A stretch of DNA of 64,000 bases from Selaginella moellendorffii. Its lineage: Eukaryota; Plantae; Lycopodiophyta. Position numbers and translations under genes: made by a program. The notes beneath the pieces are model-generated. The model saw only the letters and a list, made by a program, of their open reading frames with translations. It did not search any database and was not told the DNA's origin. Each line of letters opens with the position of its first letter. The first letter of the stretch is position 1. Below are positions 47,701 to 59,638 of the stretch, piece by piece. The stretch is from assembly GCF_000143415.4 (NCBI RefSeq), contig NW_003314317.1, forward strand, positions 937,183 through 1,001,182, read 5' to 3'.

Positions 47701-48271
47701 CTCATTTTTCTCCTTTCTTTTTACTCTGCTTTCCTGTGAAACCAGAACAAAACCTTTTCAGTATCACCTTGAGGAGCATAGCCAGAAATAAGAGCAATCA
47801 AGCTTACCACATCCTCGCGAGAAGATCAAACACTCACTGTGCCTCGCTTGCACTGCCGTATTTTTCATATGTGTCCACCAGGCTATGCAAATCTCTCCAT
47901 GGAAAAACTTTCTCAAGTTGGCAACCTCGCACAAGCCTTTAAAACGGAGTTGAAGCTCGATGCCATTTTGAGCGAGATCGGTGTCATGGATAACAGTGTT
48001 GGATGGTTGCAGGAAGTGGAAGAACGTGGAAGTGGCTTCTCTAGACAAGATGGATAAGGCGCGAACATTCTCCGTGAAAGCCCTAAGTAAGAACCTCACG
48101 GAAATTTCTGGTTGCATTATTTTCTTTGACTTTGTAGTTGCAAGTTTGTCAATGCTTTGCATGTGAGCGCTGGCAGTAGATATATTTTGTGTTTGACTTT
48201 GCCTCTTCCACTTGATTTGTTGCAGTGTACTTAAGAGGAGCAGCTCGCGCTTGTACAGAATCCGACTAGGT

Positions 48272-48523
48272 ATGGCCAATTTCAGGAAAGCTCTCTTGTT
48301 TCTTCTTGCTCTTCTTGTGATGTTTTCTTTGGTGAGCTGTAGATCAAGTGTCAAGCAGCTTCCAATTGAGTGCAGGAAGGGTAGTGATGGAAGCTACAAC
48401 AACATTTGCAAATGTTGCTCTGTGATTGGAAGCAGCTCTCAGTACTGCAAGGAAGATCAGAAAGAAATTGAAGAGATCAATTCCAGTTGCGCTGTAATCC
48501 TTTGTGCACCGACACCATTGTGA
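48272..48523 (+). CDS. Small secreted cysteine-rich peptide (83 aa)
   Basis: Signal peptide MANFRKALLFLLALLVMFSLVSC followed by a mature region with 7 Cys; a paralogous fragment lies at 47290. Confidence 0.72.
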   Translation: MANFRKALLFLLALLVMFSLVSCRSSVKQLPIECRKGSDGSYNNICKCCSVIGSSSQYCKEDQKEIEEINSSCAVILCAPTPL

Positions 48524-49741
48524 GTGTTATGTACAACACCGAAGAATAATATACTTTTGTAGCAAAGAAATACAAGACCAGTTTTCTTTTGTCTTGTTTC
48601 TCGCTTTATGTGTGCTAGGCAGTGGAAAGTAATTTCGTAGGGAATACTATATTTTATGTAAAACTTATCTGGTCACAACGAATCCTCAAAACATGATTCC
48701 ATGAACTTGCTTGACTAGGTTTGGGCAGTAAGTACCCTGTTGATAAAGGGCAACAATATTCATCATCATTCGGTAGTATCCATAGCCGTATTGAGAGAAA
48801 ACTCGAAAAACCATGAAAACCAAGAGAATAATTTTATTCTTTTTCATATCAAACTAAAGAAATCAAAGTCGGAACGCCTGGAAATGTTTGGCATAGGTAG
48901 AATATATATATATGCAATGTCTCTACCAACATATATCACTTGTCGAATTAAATTTTCTCTCTGAAGTGTGTTATGAGAGTTCTAGTTGGTTTTCTGAGGA
49001 GATTTGCAAAGAAAAGAGGGATATATAACATATCACCATCAAAACAAATCAAATTTGTATGATCCTCTTTTGTGATTCTGCAAAAACTGGCAATTAAATT
49101 TGACCTCTTTCACTGCCATTTTAATTTCATTTCCTACTTCAGTAATAAGCAGATAATTTCAATATTAATAATAAAGAGCAGATCATACTTATTAGTTCTT
49201 TAGTTTTAACTGCCATTTATCCATCCAAACAAATCCCCCAATTCCACAATATCCATACTTGGCTGCAGCATACCCCTGAGTCACATGATTGATACCCACC
49301 CTGTGGTGCACAGCAAGAACTATAGTCACATACCAGAGTATGCTAGGAAGAAATGGCAATGAACGTGGATAGAGAATGAGTTATATGTATCCTTATATAT
49401 AGAAAGGACTTATCCAAGTTGCAGTTGAAATAAAATTCTGGTCATATGGAGTCACATTCACATTCTTTCTGCTTAGGACTATATGTTCACAATCTTACAT
49501 TCAAAGTAATGCATATGTTGAAAGTGGGCCCTTACGGCAGAACCTTAATCTGGGCCTTAGGCCAACTTTAAGTTCCACTTTAATTCATTTCTCAAATCTG
49601 ACACAAGTGAGTCAAAAACTAGAGTCAACTCAAGTCAAACACACATTTTAAAAGTCACAAGTTTCCACCCTTTACAACCCATTCTAACTTAGCCAAAATC
49701 TTTTAGTGCTGGCAATGCCACCTTCTCTTTGAGCAGAGTAG

Positions 49742-50071
49742 TTGGCAGGAGGGACATCCTACGAGCCAGGCAATGATAGCAACATTATTTACTACAACAC
49801 TGCCCAGACCACAGAGGACCAGAAAAACGCTGAGACGGTCCTCCATTTGTTCTACGAGCACAAACCTCTCAACGGATTTGCTACCTGTCTTGGCTATGGC
49901 GGCGACTTTCCCAACGCTATCTACGGCCACATAGGATGCTACAACATGTCCGACCAGCCAAGCTGCTCAGAATGCCTCAAGCGAGCTTACCAAGCAGGTC
50001 GCTCTGTATGCTTTGGGTGGTACTTAGAAACGGAAAGAAGATGCAGTTTGCGACATTGGATTCTGGATTGA
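49742..50071 (+). pseudogene. DUF26/Gnk2 (ginkbilobin-2-like) domain gene, apparently disrupted
   Basis: AIYGHIGCYNMSDQPSCSECLKRA..RSVC contains the C-x8-C-x2-C motif; no intact ATG or signal peptide found in frame. Confidence 0.65.
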
Positions 50072-50873
50072 GTAAGTTTCCTCTCCAGATAATCTATCAC
50101 GGCTGTTCTAACTTATATTCCCATTCTTCCACAGCTCTCTTTGGTGTCGTGGTCAAAGTATGGCAAGCAATATGTTGGTGTCAACGTCCTGGAGGTCCAT
50201 AGTCCACCTAAGCAGCTTGGGGACGAGGTGGCACTTGTGTGGCGCATAAAAAACTTTTTACAGACTTAGTGTGAAGGCCTGACGATTGTGGGTGTTAAAC
50301 AATGTGAAGACTTAAAACTCAACAGTGTTAACATGTGAGGACTCTAGCAATGAATTGAGCATCACGATGTCATGCAATTGTCAACAAGATATTAACACGT
50401 GGCCTCCCGGAACAGCGCCAAGAGGGTGTCTGTGGTGGTCCGCATTCTTCTTCTCGGTCGCCTCCTCACCGCCGTGCCCTGCAAGCGGCACTGCCACCAC
50501 CAGGATCGACGCTCCTCTGTCCGGTCCCGTGTCGATGACCGGAAGCCCTCTCTGTGGTCGCTGTGGAAAATCACAAGGAGGCGACGTCCACATGTGGATC
50601 TGCATTGGCGCTAGGAATAGCTTATGTGTTAGATCGACTCGGCAGGATATTTTCGGGAGCTCAGGATTGGCAGGGTCGGTTGACGAGCAGGGGATGACTG
50701 TGAGGCATTGCTTCACTACCCTAGGAGTGCAGGCGTGTGAATGCAGGCAGTAGCAAGTGTAGCCTTTGCTCTGCCCATATCATCTTCTTCAAGACCGAGT
50801 GCTAGGTATTGCAAGAAAAGCTTCTCTAGTTTGTGATTTTTGCAATGAGAATTTCAAGCAGAAGACTTTGGTA

Positions 50874-51557
50874 GATAAAATAGCCACTAAGGGCTCTCTC
50901 ATTAAGCAATTGCCCCTTTTTCAGTTAACTTAAGGAGAGAGAGATAAAGTGCGCTACAATTGGTATCGGAGCAAATGGCACGAGTTTGATTCCCATGTAT
51001 TAGTGGCTACTTAAAAATATAATATACCCTTGAGCAAGGTATATTCCTACCCCTAAATTTGAAAATCATACGTATTAGGCATCCATGCGTACGTCCTTCC
51101 TCTTATGTGGAGGTGTTGGTTCCCCTTGGCTCAATAAGGGTTGTTAGTCAATAATCAATGAGGACATTGACATCTCTGAAAAGGGGGTGAGTGTGGAGTA
51201 TCCACGGATGAAAGTATCCACTATGGGACTACAGTACGGGTGAATGACTAGTTGCCTCATATGAAATAGCTAGTCTACACAATGGAAGGATTGGTAGATT
51301 CAGTGCGGAAATGGAAGTGCTGATTCCCCTTGGCTCAGTAAGGGTTATTAGTCAATAATCAATGAGGACATTGACATCTTTAAAAGGGGGGTGAGTGTAG
51401 TGCATGTGATCATGAGATGAGATTTGGATATATTGTCACCGTGGATCCTTAGAACCTTAGGGGATAAATGGGGATAAAATAACCACTAAAAGCTCTCTCA
51501 TCAAGCAATTACCCCTTTTCCAGTTGGCTTAAGGTGAGAGAGATAAAGTGCGCTATA
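50874..51557 (+). mobile_element. TRIM-like element with LTRs of about 160 bp
   Basis: Partial 5' LTR ending gcgctaca at 50958; PBS TGGTATCGGAGC at 50961; duplicated PPT block (aaagggggtgag) at about 51180 and 51383; 3' LTR 51396-51557. Confidence 0.82.
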
Positions 51558-51559
51558 CC

Positions 51560-52315
51560 TATTATTTTAGAATCTATGGATTATCTAGACAAGGATTCTA
51601 TGCCGTCGGTGGTGCATTATTTATTGATGACTCACCATTCTGGCATTTACATTCTTAATATCGCTTTGAAGACGGTTTTCTTTATTTTGTAGGTATGGAT
51701 CCTAATGATCATTTACGGCTAGTGGTGCCTTCAATTTTTATTCCATGGTTTCTCCATATTTACCATGATTTTCCTGTTCTTGGCAGGTGTCCTATTATAA
51801 AACATGCATGCAAAGTATAAAGTGGATGATTTGATGTTAGTTCATTTTCCCCATCTTATGATATGTGGTTTATTTAAGAGGCTTTTTGCTCAGTGGAAAG
51901 GATTGTATCAGATGTTGTGGCAAGTTGGACCACAAGTTTATAAGGTTTGGCATGACATTGAGTAGACTGATCCTTCAAAAATTATATAGGTGTAGCAATT
52001 GAAACACTTCGTATATAAGGATAGAAAAGAACTAGTACTACCTACAGATCCACCAATGCCTCTTCTTAATGTTTCTTTAGATCCTAGCCCATCTACGAGA
52101 GAACTCTGATGGTCTTTCATTATTTCGAGAGGAGGGGATGATATGAGGTCCAAATATACAATTATAATGCTATAACTAATATTAGTATAATGGGATTTTA
52201 GTAGCTGTCAAATTAATTTCAATATAGATCACTTGCTCTTGTATATAAGTTGGGGTTTTTAGGCTAATTGATATGCATATTTTTTATATTCCCTTTCCAT
52301 ATTCCATGCACTCCT
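51560..52315 (+). mobile_element. Deleted 3' half and LTR of a second copy of the outer gypsy family
   Basis: Matches 38335-38670 and 46890-47200; PPT ggaggggatga followed by an LTR similar to 35170-35343. Confidence 0.82.
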
Positions 52316-53144
52316 TGTTAAAACTTTAAATTATTATTAAAACATACATTACTGTAACACTTTAAATTAGATATAAAATTTTAAAAAAAGTTCAACCACT
52401 AATTATATCCAAAATAAAAGTTTAAAAAATAGAATATATACATATTTTTTTAGGCGTACTTAATATGTTTATTTGATGTATGTTTTAGATATAATGATAT
52501 TATCTCATCATTTTGATATCTATTAATATTTACCCAAAATTAAAATGTTTTAAAATGTTAGGTTATTTTAAAAGTTATAGTACTTTGTAATTCAGTTAAT
52601 AAGTTAAATTTTACTTAAAGTAAAGTTATATTTAAGTAAATTATAAAGTTAAGCTAAATTAAGTTTGATAAAAATCTTAAAATTTAATATTTTCAAAAAT
52701 TAGTATTTATAAAAAAAACATTACTAAATTAAAATTAACAAATTGTAAAATATAACTATGGAAACTTAATTATTCAACTTAATAATTCATGTGATCATGC
52801 ATTCTAAAAAAACATTAATTAATGGAATGTATTATATCACTCTAAATGAATTAAAAATTTATTTCAATCCTGAAATTAAAATATTATAAAAATCCTATAA
52901 AATTTCAAAAGCAATTAAAAAATACTTGTTATTAATAAATTAACTATGTTAAAAGATATGGAAGTCCACTAAGAAGTTTTAATTTATTAATTAATTCCCA
53001 TTTATTTAAATTCAGAAGAAAAAATTTAAATAATAATTATTTAAAACTTATTAACATTTTCATAAGGTTAAAATTTAAATCTAGATTTTATACTTTGAAC
53101 ATTGCCTGCATTAAAATGAAACCATTGTTGAAAATATAAGTAAT

Positions 53145-53570
53145 TTAGTGTCGCTTCCTACAGACACATAAGTATCTATAGGCACTCTCCTTGGGATTGC
53201 GGCCATTGAGTGGGACTTGCTCGGCTCGGCACTCCGTTTTGCAATCCCGGCACTCGTTGTAAGTGCAGCTGGGCGCCGTCGACCCGACCATCGCTCTTCG
53301 ATCACTGGGATACTGCCATTCATTTATCATCTCCGGCGGGCCGCAAGAGAAAAAGCAAGAAATATCGATTTCTCACCTTGGGCGTTAGCGTTTGTTGCAG
53401 CAGCTTTCGAGAGACACCTATTGCAAAACAACAAAAGTGATACGCGAGATTTTTTTCCCGTGCAAAAGCGGACTCGCTATACCTTGGATTTGTCTCGACC
53501 CTTGCTCTTCCGGACAAGACGATGAGCACGAAGAGACGAGCAGCAGCAAGAGGAGTAAGGCCACCGGCAT
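53145..53570 (-). CDS. EPFL9: STOMAGEN / EPFL9 stomatal-promoting peptide (3 exons)
   Basis: MPVALLLLLLLVSSCSS..IQ|GVSRKLLQQTLTPK|MINEWQYPSDRRAMVGSTAPSCTYNECRDCKTECRAEQVPLNGRNPKESAYRYLCVCRKRH* matches the stomagen consensus. Confidence 0.94.
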
Positions 53571-54129
53571 TGTCCGATCGATCGATCCTCCCCGCCGCGT
53601 GAATGTCCGTTTGTCTTTGTTCTCTCGTCGTCTCGACTGCGATTGATTGATGGAGTGATTGAGCAGTGGCCCAACGAGAAGAACAGGCGAGAATCAATCC
53701 ATTGGACCCAGCAGTGGATTCACGAGATATTTTAGCGAGAAAAGGGGGCTTTTTCTCGAGAGAGAGCTCCCTCCATTGTGGTTCATACATTTTTGTTCTA
53801 TCCCTCTCCAGGGGGATTTTGACATTCCAGAAACTTCCTACACCACATACAAACAAATCCAGGAGGCATAGGGCTTATGGGCAAATTAGGGCTTACGGGC
53901 AAATTAGGGCTTGTGCTTGCGCCACGATGGGGACAGAGGGTACCCATGCCATCCAACCACAGCGCAGTGGTCCAAATATTCCATCGCTTATCCCGATCCA
54001 GGACCACGGAAATGAATTCTCTTTAAAATCGGGTGTGTGCTTCGCGTGGAAAATGGAAGAATGAGTCGATCTCTTCGCGCCCAATTGCGAGAAAGCCCAC
54101 AGTGGGTGCTCCATCGCGCGCTGAGCCGC

Positions 54130-54325
54130 GATTGATTGATCGGCCACGTGATACTGATCGATCGATCTCTTTCAAGCAATGTTTGCTACAATCGACGGGT
54201 TGATCGATTGAATCCACGGGTAGATCGATCGATCTCTTTCAAGCAATGTTTTCTACAATAGACGTGTTGATCGATTGAATCCACGGGTAGATCGATCGAA
54301 TCGACGGGTTGATCGATCGATTCAT
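54130..54325. repeat. GATC-rich tandem repeat of about 70 bp (2-3 units) upstream of STOMAGEN
   Basis: gatcgatcgatctctttcaagcaatgttt.ctacaat.gacg.gttgatcgattgaatccacgggtagatcgatcga is repeated. Confidence 0.88.
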
Positions 54326-54482
54326 GCTGCCCATCAAGTGATCTGCCCCAAATTGCCACTCGCGCGCCAAAATATGAATTTAAAAAAGGCGTATATTTTT
54401 CCTTCCAAAGTTTATATAGATAAAACACAAAAGGAGCAATGCATGATCCACACTGATCGATCCAGAGTGGAGTGAGAGATTT

Positions 54483-56258
54483 CTATCTCGCGTAGAAGCT
54501 CTCGTTCTCCACCGATGAGATCCCATGAAACCCACTGCCGCTCTTCCTCCTCCCCTTGACACTCTTCCTTGGCGGCTGGAAGTTTAGATCGCTGCCACTT
54601 GACGACCTCGGCTTGGAATGCGAAGAAACCAAAACATTTGCGCGCTGCGTCGGCCCCAGGATCGATGATCCACTGCTATGGCCGACGATCCTCGGCTGGA
54701 ATTGGTGCTGAGGATTGGAGCCCTTGGTGGAGATCGTCGATTTGTTCGCAGCGGACGAGTAGGAGATGTCTGGATCCTGGAGAAACGCGCTGTTCATGGG
54801 ATAGAGCAAGAAGTCCTTGCCCAAGTTGTCGATCTCGAAAAGATCGTTGCTGCTATCGCTGTCGTCGCCATCGAGATCACAACGATCATATGGCAATCTC
54901 TGGAAATTGCTGGAGTCACCCTCTTCGGATGAAGACAGGGAGGAGTCCCTCACGAGTTTCTTCGCGGCCGCGCGAGGAGGAGGAAATCCATACGAGTTGA
55001 GGTTGGAGCTCAGATCACGCGAGGAAGAGGAGTAATCGTGGCTGCTGCTCGTGGTGCTAGATCTAGAGGTCATAGAATCCTCGTATCTTTGATCTTTGGC
55101 TAAGGGAGGAGGAGGATTCACCGCCGCCGAGGATGGATTCATGTGTGAGAAGGAGAAATTCGCGTGCCACGACTCCGATCGGGGAGGAACAGCCATGAAC
55201 ACGGCAGCATTGGAGGAGTTGGTGAACGAGGGCTTGGAGATTGGCTCGACCAAGACGCTGCTAGTGCTCAATCGCGAGAGCTCCTCGTCGCCCTCCATCT
55301 CGTCGGATCCACCGGAATCGAGGACGAATCCCCAGCGCGCGCTGCGAACATGGACGTTGTGCTGCGGCTGCTCGCCCGATCCAGCGATCTCAGGGCCGAA
55401 ATCCACCGATGATCGCGCGGCGTGCTGCTGGGATGGGTGGAGATTGCGAGCGTGGAAGTAGTGATCAGCCCCAAACACCGAGACATCGCATTTCTTGGAG
55501 AAGGAATCCCTCTCGCCCGCGATGATTCGAATGGTGGGCATGGCTGGAGCCGCCATCCTGTTGATCCGCGGCGTGGGCTCCCCAAAGACCTCGCCAAAGA
55601 CGTGCAAGCTCCTCGCCTGGCTCTTCTTCTTGATCCCCAGCGACGAGCACGTCGACGAATATTCGCTCATACCATCGTCGTCTTCTTCTTGCTCTTGGTG
55701 GCGTTCTTCTTCTTCGTGTTCTTCCTCGTCCTCGTCGATCTCCAGGAGCCTGGGATTCAACCCAGCGCCAACGCCGTCGAGCTCGAATCTCTCCCTGGCC
55801 TTCGCGTAGCTCCTAGCGATGCTGTCCAGGCCAAAGGCGGCGTCCATGGCCTCGACCATGGGGCTGGAGAGGTACGAAAACCCCGACGATCGAGCGGCGG
55901 CGCTGTAGGAAGCGCCGCTGGCCAGATCGTCGGCGTCGGCGTCGCTGCTGCTGCTGAGGAGATTCCTGACGCTGCCGCTACCGGCGCTGCTGTTGCGGTG
56001 GAATCGCCACTCGCGGACGCTCCCACACTCGGCCATATTGGAGGCGCTGCTGGATCGCATCGCGCCGCCGCTGCTGCTGCGGTTCTTGAGGAGGTGGCGC
56101 TCGGCCGCGGCGAGGCTGGAGAGCTCAGTGGAGACGACCGAGATGGAGGGGCTGTCGGGGACGAGAATCGCGGCGTTGTGGATGCCGCTCAGGCTCAGCA
56201 GATGATCGCGCTGGGGTTTCTGGATCAACACATCCTTCTTGGACAGGCACAAGCCCAT
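54483..56258 (-). CDS. Ser-rich disordered protein with PKS/BIG GRAIN-like motifs and an N-terminal acylation motif, intronless
   Basis: 591 aa ORF; MGLCLSKK start; DVSVFGADHYF and DSDSSNDLFEID resemble the recalled PKS motifs EIxVFGAEKYF and SDASSDLFEIE. Confidence 0.75.
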   Translation of the reverse strand: MGLCLSKKDVLIQKPQRDHLLSLSGIHNAAILVPDSPSISVVSTELSSLAAAERHLLKNRSSSGGAMRSSSASNMAECGSVREWRFHRNSSAGSGSVRNLLSSSSDADADDLASGASYSAAARSSGFSYLSSPMVEAMDAAFGLDSIARSYAKARERFELDGVGAGLNPRLLEIDEDEEEHEEEERHQEQEEDDDGMSEYSSTCSSLGIKKKSQARSLHVFGEVFGEPTPRINRMAAPAMPTIRIIAGERDSFSKKCDVSVFGADHYFHARNLHPSQQHAARSSVDFGPEIAGSGEQPQHNVHVRSARWGFVLDSGGSDEMEGDEELSRLSTSSVLVEPISKPSFTNSSNAAVFMAVPPRSESWHANFSFSHMNPSSAAVNPPPPLAKDQRYEDSMTSRSSTTSSSHDYSSSSRDLSSNLNSYGFPPPRAAAKKLVRDSSLSSSEEGDSSNFQRLPYDRCDLDGDDSDSSNDLFEIDNLGKDFLLYPMNSAFLQDPDISYSSAANKSTISTKGSNPQHQFQPRIVGHSSGSSILGPTQRANVLVSSHSKPRSSSGSDLNFQPPRKSVKGRRKSGSGFHGISSVENESFYAR

Positions 56259-57964
56259 TTTCTTCTTCTTTCGCGATAAAGATTTGGTACTTGCAAGGAG
56301 GAATTCTATCGATCAAAAGCCCCAAAAGCTCTTCTCTTTCATTTTTTCTTTTCTTTTCTCCTTGGGAGTGAGAACTAGGGCTAGAGAGTTTCTTCCTTTT
56401 CTTGCTCTAGAGGGATGGGATGGACTACCTTTCACATAATATCTCAATGCCCACACTGGGCATTTTTGGTTGCCACCCAAATTCCAGTGAGCTACACACA
56501 AAACACTCCAAATGTGTAGAAGAGAGTTTTGCCCTCCACAAGAAAACAAAACCATCAATTCCTATTGAAAAAGCTAGAATTTTATTTTAGTGGTTCCATT
56601 GATCTTGAATCTCATCAAGTGCCCACAACGATACAGCTTCCAAAAGCAATTTATCATGATCCAATCAAATACAAAGTCAAGCTTGCCATTTCTTTTATCC
56701 AAAGGACCACCAATCTGCTCAAATTAGTTTCTTACAACACCCTGCTTGTTTCCATTGAGATCTTTTGGAAATCCAAAAAATTTTGGAGAATCACCAACAA
56801 AGCTGCAGACTGCCTATGGCTAGCTGCCACCAAAAAGAAAACACACAGATATGTATGTTTAGCTCTGTATGTTCCTGGGCTGCTCCAGTAAACAAGCATT
56901 GCTCATATTTGTCCTTGCTTGGCTGGTGCTGCAGCTACATCCAAGTGAACTTTCTCTGGCGCCAAAAAAAACACAACAAAGAAACGTTTAGTTACAGAAT
57001 TATTAATCAAATTTGTCTCCCACCTCCTCTTTTTCTGTGGAATGGAAATTGAAATCTTTACCCCCATTGCATGTTCTTCTGGCTGGCCAGATCTTTTCCG
57101 ATCCCAATCCAGGCCCTGCTCAACTTGCTTGTTCCTTTCAAACCTCCAACTCACAACTCACCAAACTTGAATGAATTGAAAGCGAGGATCGAGGCAACCT
57201 TCTTCAGTCGTTTCCATTGCTCTCGTGCCGACTGTGGGACGGACGGAATTTCTCTAGCGCGACAAAGTTTGCTACCGGAGCTACAAACAAAACGCAAAAG
57301 AAAAGGTAAAATTCCCTTGTCAGGCAGAAAAAGAAGAACACAGCACCTTGCTTGCGTGGTTGTTGTGGTTGCGAGCGTTTCCACTGGGAACCTGATGGAG
57401 ACAGAGAAAACAAAGAACAAGTCAGCAACCAACGAGCAAGAACAGATAAAAAGAAACACTTACTCGTGGGCGATGATTTTTCGCCCGGCTTTCACTCAAA
57501 AATATAATATGTTGGCCCTGGCGACTGTTTGGTTGGATGGACGGATTAGTCAAATGCAGCGAGGACGTTGCCGAATCTTTGAGCATCGTTGCACTTTGTC
57601 TCCATGTTCTCGTGACAATCCCAATTATTGGCACTGCTGGCTAGCAACGGTTTATCAAGTAGCGTAGACCACCTACGAGGAGAAACAAGTGCAAAAGAAA
57701 ATGAGTGGCGATGAAAAAATGATTGAATCTATGGTGTTCAGGCCTCGATTGAGTGAGTGACGATCGACGCACGTCCGAATCAGACATGAGTAATAAGTGA
57801 CCCACAGACTATTCACCGGGAGATCGGTCCAACAAACTTTGCCTGTAAAGTATTCCAATCCAACTACGTGGTGTACAGACTTCCACTTGTTACAAAAGTA
57901 TTTGCGCAGTGGAAGTGCTACAAAAAAACGAATGAATTTTCAAAATCTACCTGACTTGCCGCTT

Positions 57965-59638
57965 TCACTTCTCGAATTGCATCTTTTCGGCTTCATCCTT
58001 CAAAGACTGGAAGAGAACGGTAGAAAGATAGCGCTCGCCAAAGCTAGGAATCACTACCTGTAAGAGATTACGTTTGTGAGAAGTTTACACATTGTTAAGC
58101 TCGCCAAAATGCTAGAACTCACGCAGACGAGCTTGTTTGCATTCTCAGGCCGTCTTGCGACCCTGAGCGCAGCTACAGTTGCCGCTCCCGAAGAGATTCC
58201 AACCTGAGTAATCAAATAACATTAGCATTTAAAAGCGATCAAGTTTATATACCAATAGTCCCTCTTCTACGCCAAGTTGTCTAGACATGCGAGTAGCTTC
58301 TTCTGTTGTCACCTGAATAGAATGTGTTTTTCAAACATTTCGTGATGCTTATATAATGTAAGCTCACTTCAAGCACTTCATCCAGGAGATTAACTTCCAA
58401 GAGTCCAGGCGCGTAAATGCCTGCACCAAGGACTCACGAGTTTAGTGCCTGCCATGAGAACGGCAAGTCATCACTGGAAGGAATCCTTCTAAAGTTTATA
58501 CGCACCTGATTTGTCGGATAAAACTGCGCTCTCGGCTGGCTCGACACCACATATCTGGAATCGCAACACTCGCTTTAGTATACACATCAAACCAAAGGAT
58601 CACCTTTATATTGGAATTTTGGCTTTTTAAGAACTTTCCGATGCCAGTGATCGTGCCACCGGTTCCGATAGATGCTACAAGAACATCAACTTTCCCACAC
58701 GTGTCCTCCCAGATCTCGGGTCCAGTGGTTTCAAAGTGAACCTACAAGTAAAAATAAAAAGTAGAAAAGAAACTATCTTCTCGTACCTTTGTGTTCGCAG
58801 GATTCTCAAACTGCTTTAGCATGTATGCATTTGGAGTCTTGCTTGCAATCTCTTGCGCCTTTTGAACGGCTCCTCTCATTCCCTTCCCGGAATCCGTGAG
58901 AGTTACCTCCGCTCCAAAAGCACGCAGCAGAATGCTACGCTCAGTGTTACTCAAAGACGCTGGCATCGTGAGCTTTAGCTTGTAGCCTTTACTGGCACTG
59001 ATAAAAGCGAGTCCGATACCCGTGTTACCACTTGTGGCCTCTACAAGGACAGTCTGCGAAGAACATTACGTGAGCAAGCGTAAAATTTCACGGTCCTTAA
59101 ACTACCTTTCCTGGAGCTATATCCTGCTTTGCTTCGGCATCCGCTATCATACTATAGGCTATCCTATAAAACCACAAACAGAAGCAAAATGTAAGCATGA
59201 CTGACAAATTCTACGCTACTCACCTATCTTTGATGCTGCAGCAAGGCTCCATCATTTCAAGCTTGGCAGCAACGTTTGCAACACAGCCTTTCACAACCTT
59301 GTTTAGATAAACCATAGGAGTCTTCCCAACAAGCTGGAAAAATTATAGAAAAGACTAAGACACATTTTCGAAAAATTGATACATACCTGAGTGACATTGT
59401 CCGCAATATTCAAGTAGTCTTCTATCTTCACTTCCAATCCCTTCTTACCGGCATCCTTGAGCGGCGCCGTGGCGGTGTGTCCACATTTAACAGGAAATCT
59501 GCTGCTTCGGAGCCGCAATGAGGTGGATGGAGCTCCAATCGCGTCGAATCCGGCGCTGGAAATGCCGATTCCCGGCTTCTCCAGGCAAGATGGATGAGAA
59601 GAAACCGCCAGCTGCAACGCGCGGCTGCCTCCCAACAT
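57965..59638 (-). CDS. CS26: Organellar cysteine synthase family protein, CS26/S-sulfocysteine synthase-like (multi-exon)
   Basis: Transit peptide; NIADNVTQ|[67 protein letters not shown]. The GPHKIQGIGAG loop is absent (ESAVLSDKS|[18 protein letters not shown]), as in CS26. Confidence 0.85.

Noticed and set aside
53755-53790. gagagctccctcc resembling a miR159/319 arm
   Set aside because: No complementary TTGGA(C/T)TGAAGGGAGCT arm nearby.
54130-54325. Repeat array superficially like CRISPR (also 22590-22850)
   Set aside because: Eukaryotic context, no unique spacers, no cas genes; simple tandem duplications.
55422-56279. 285-aa plus-strand ORF
   Set aside because: Antisense shadow of the PKS/BG-like CDS.
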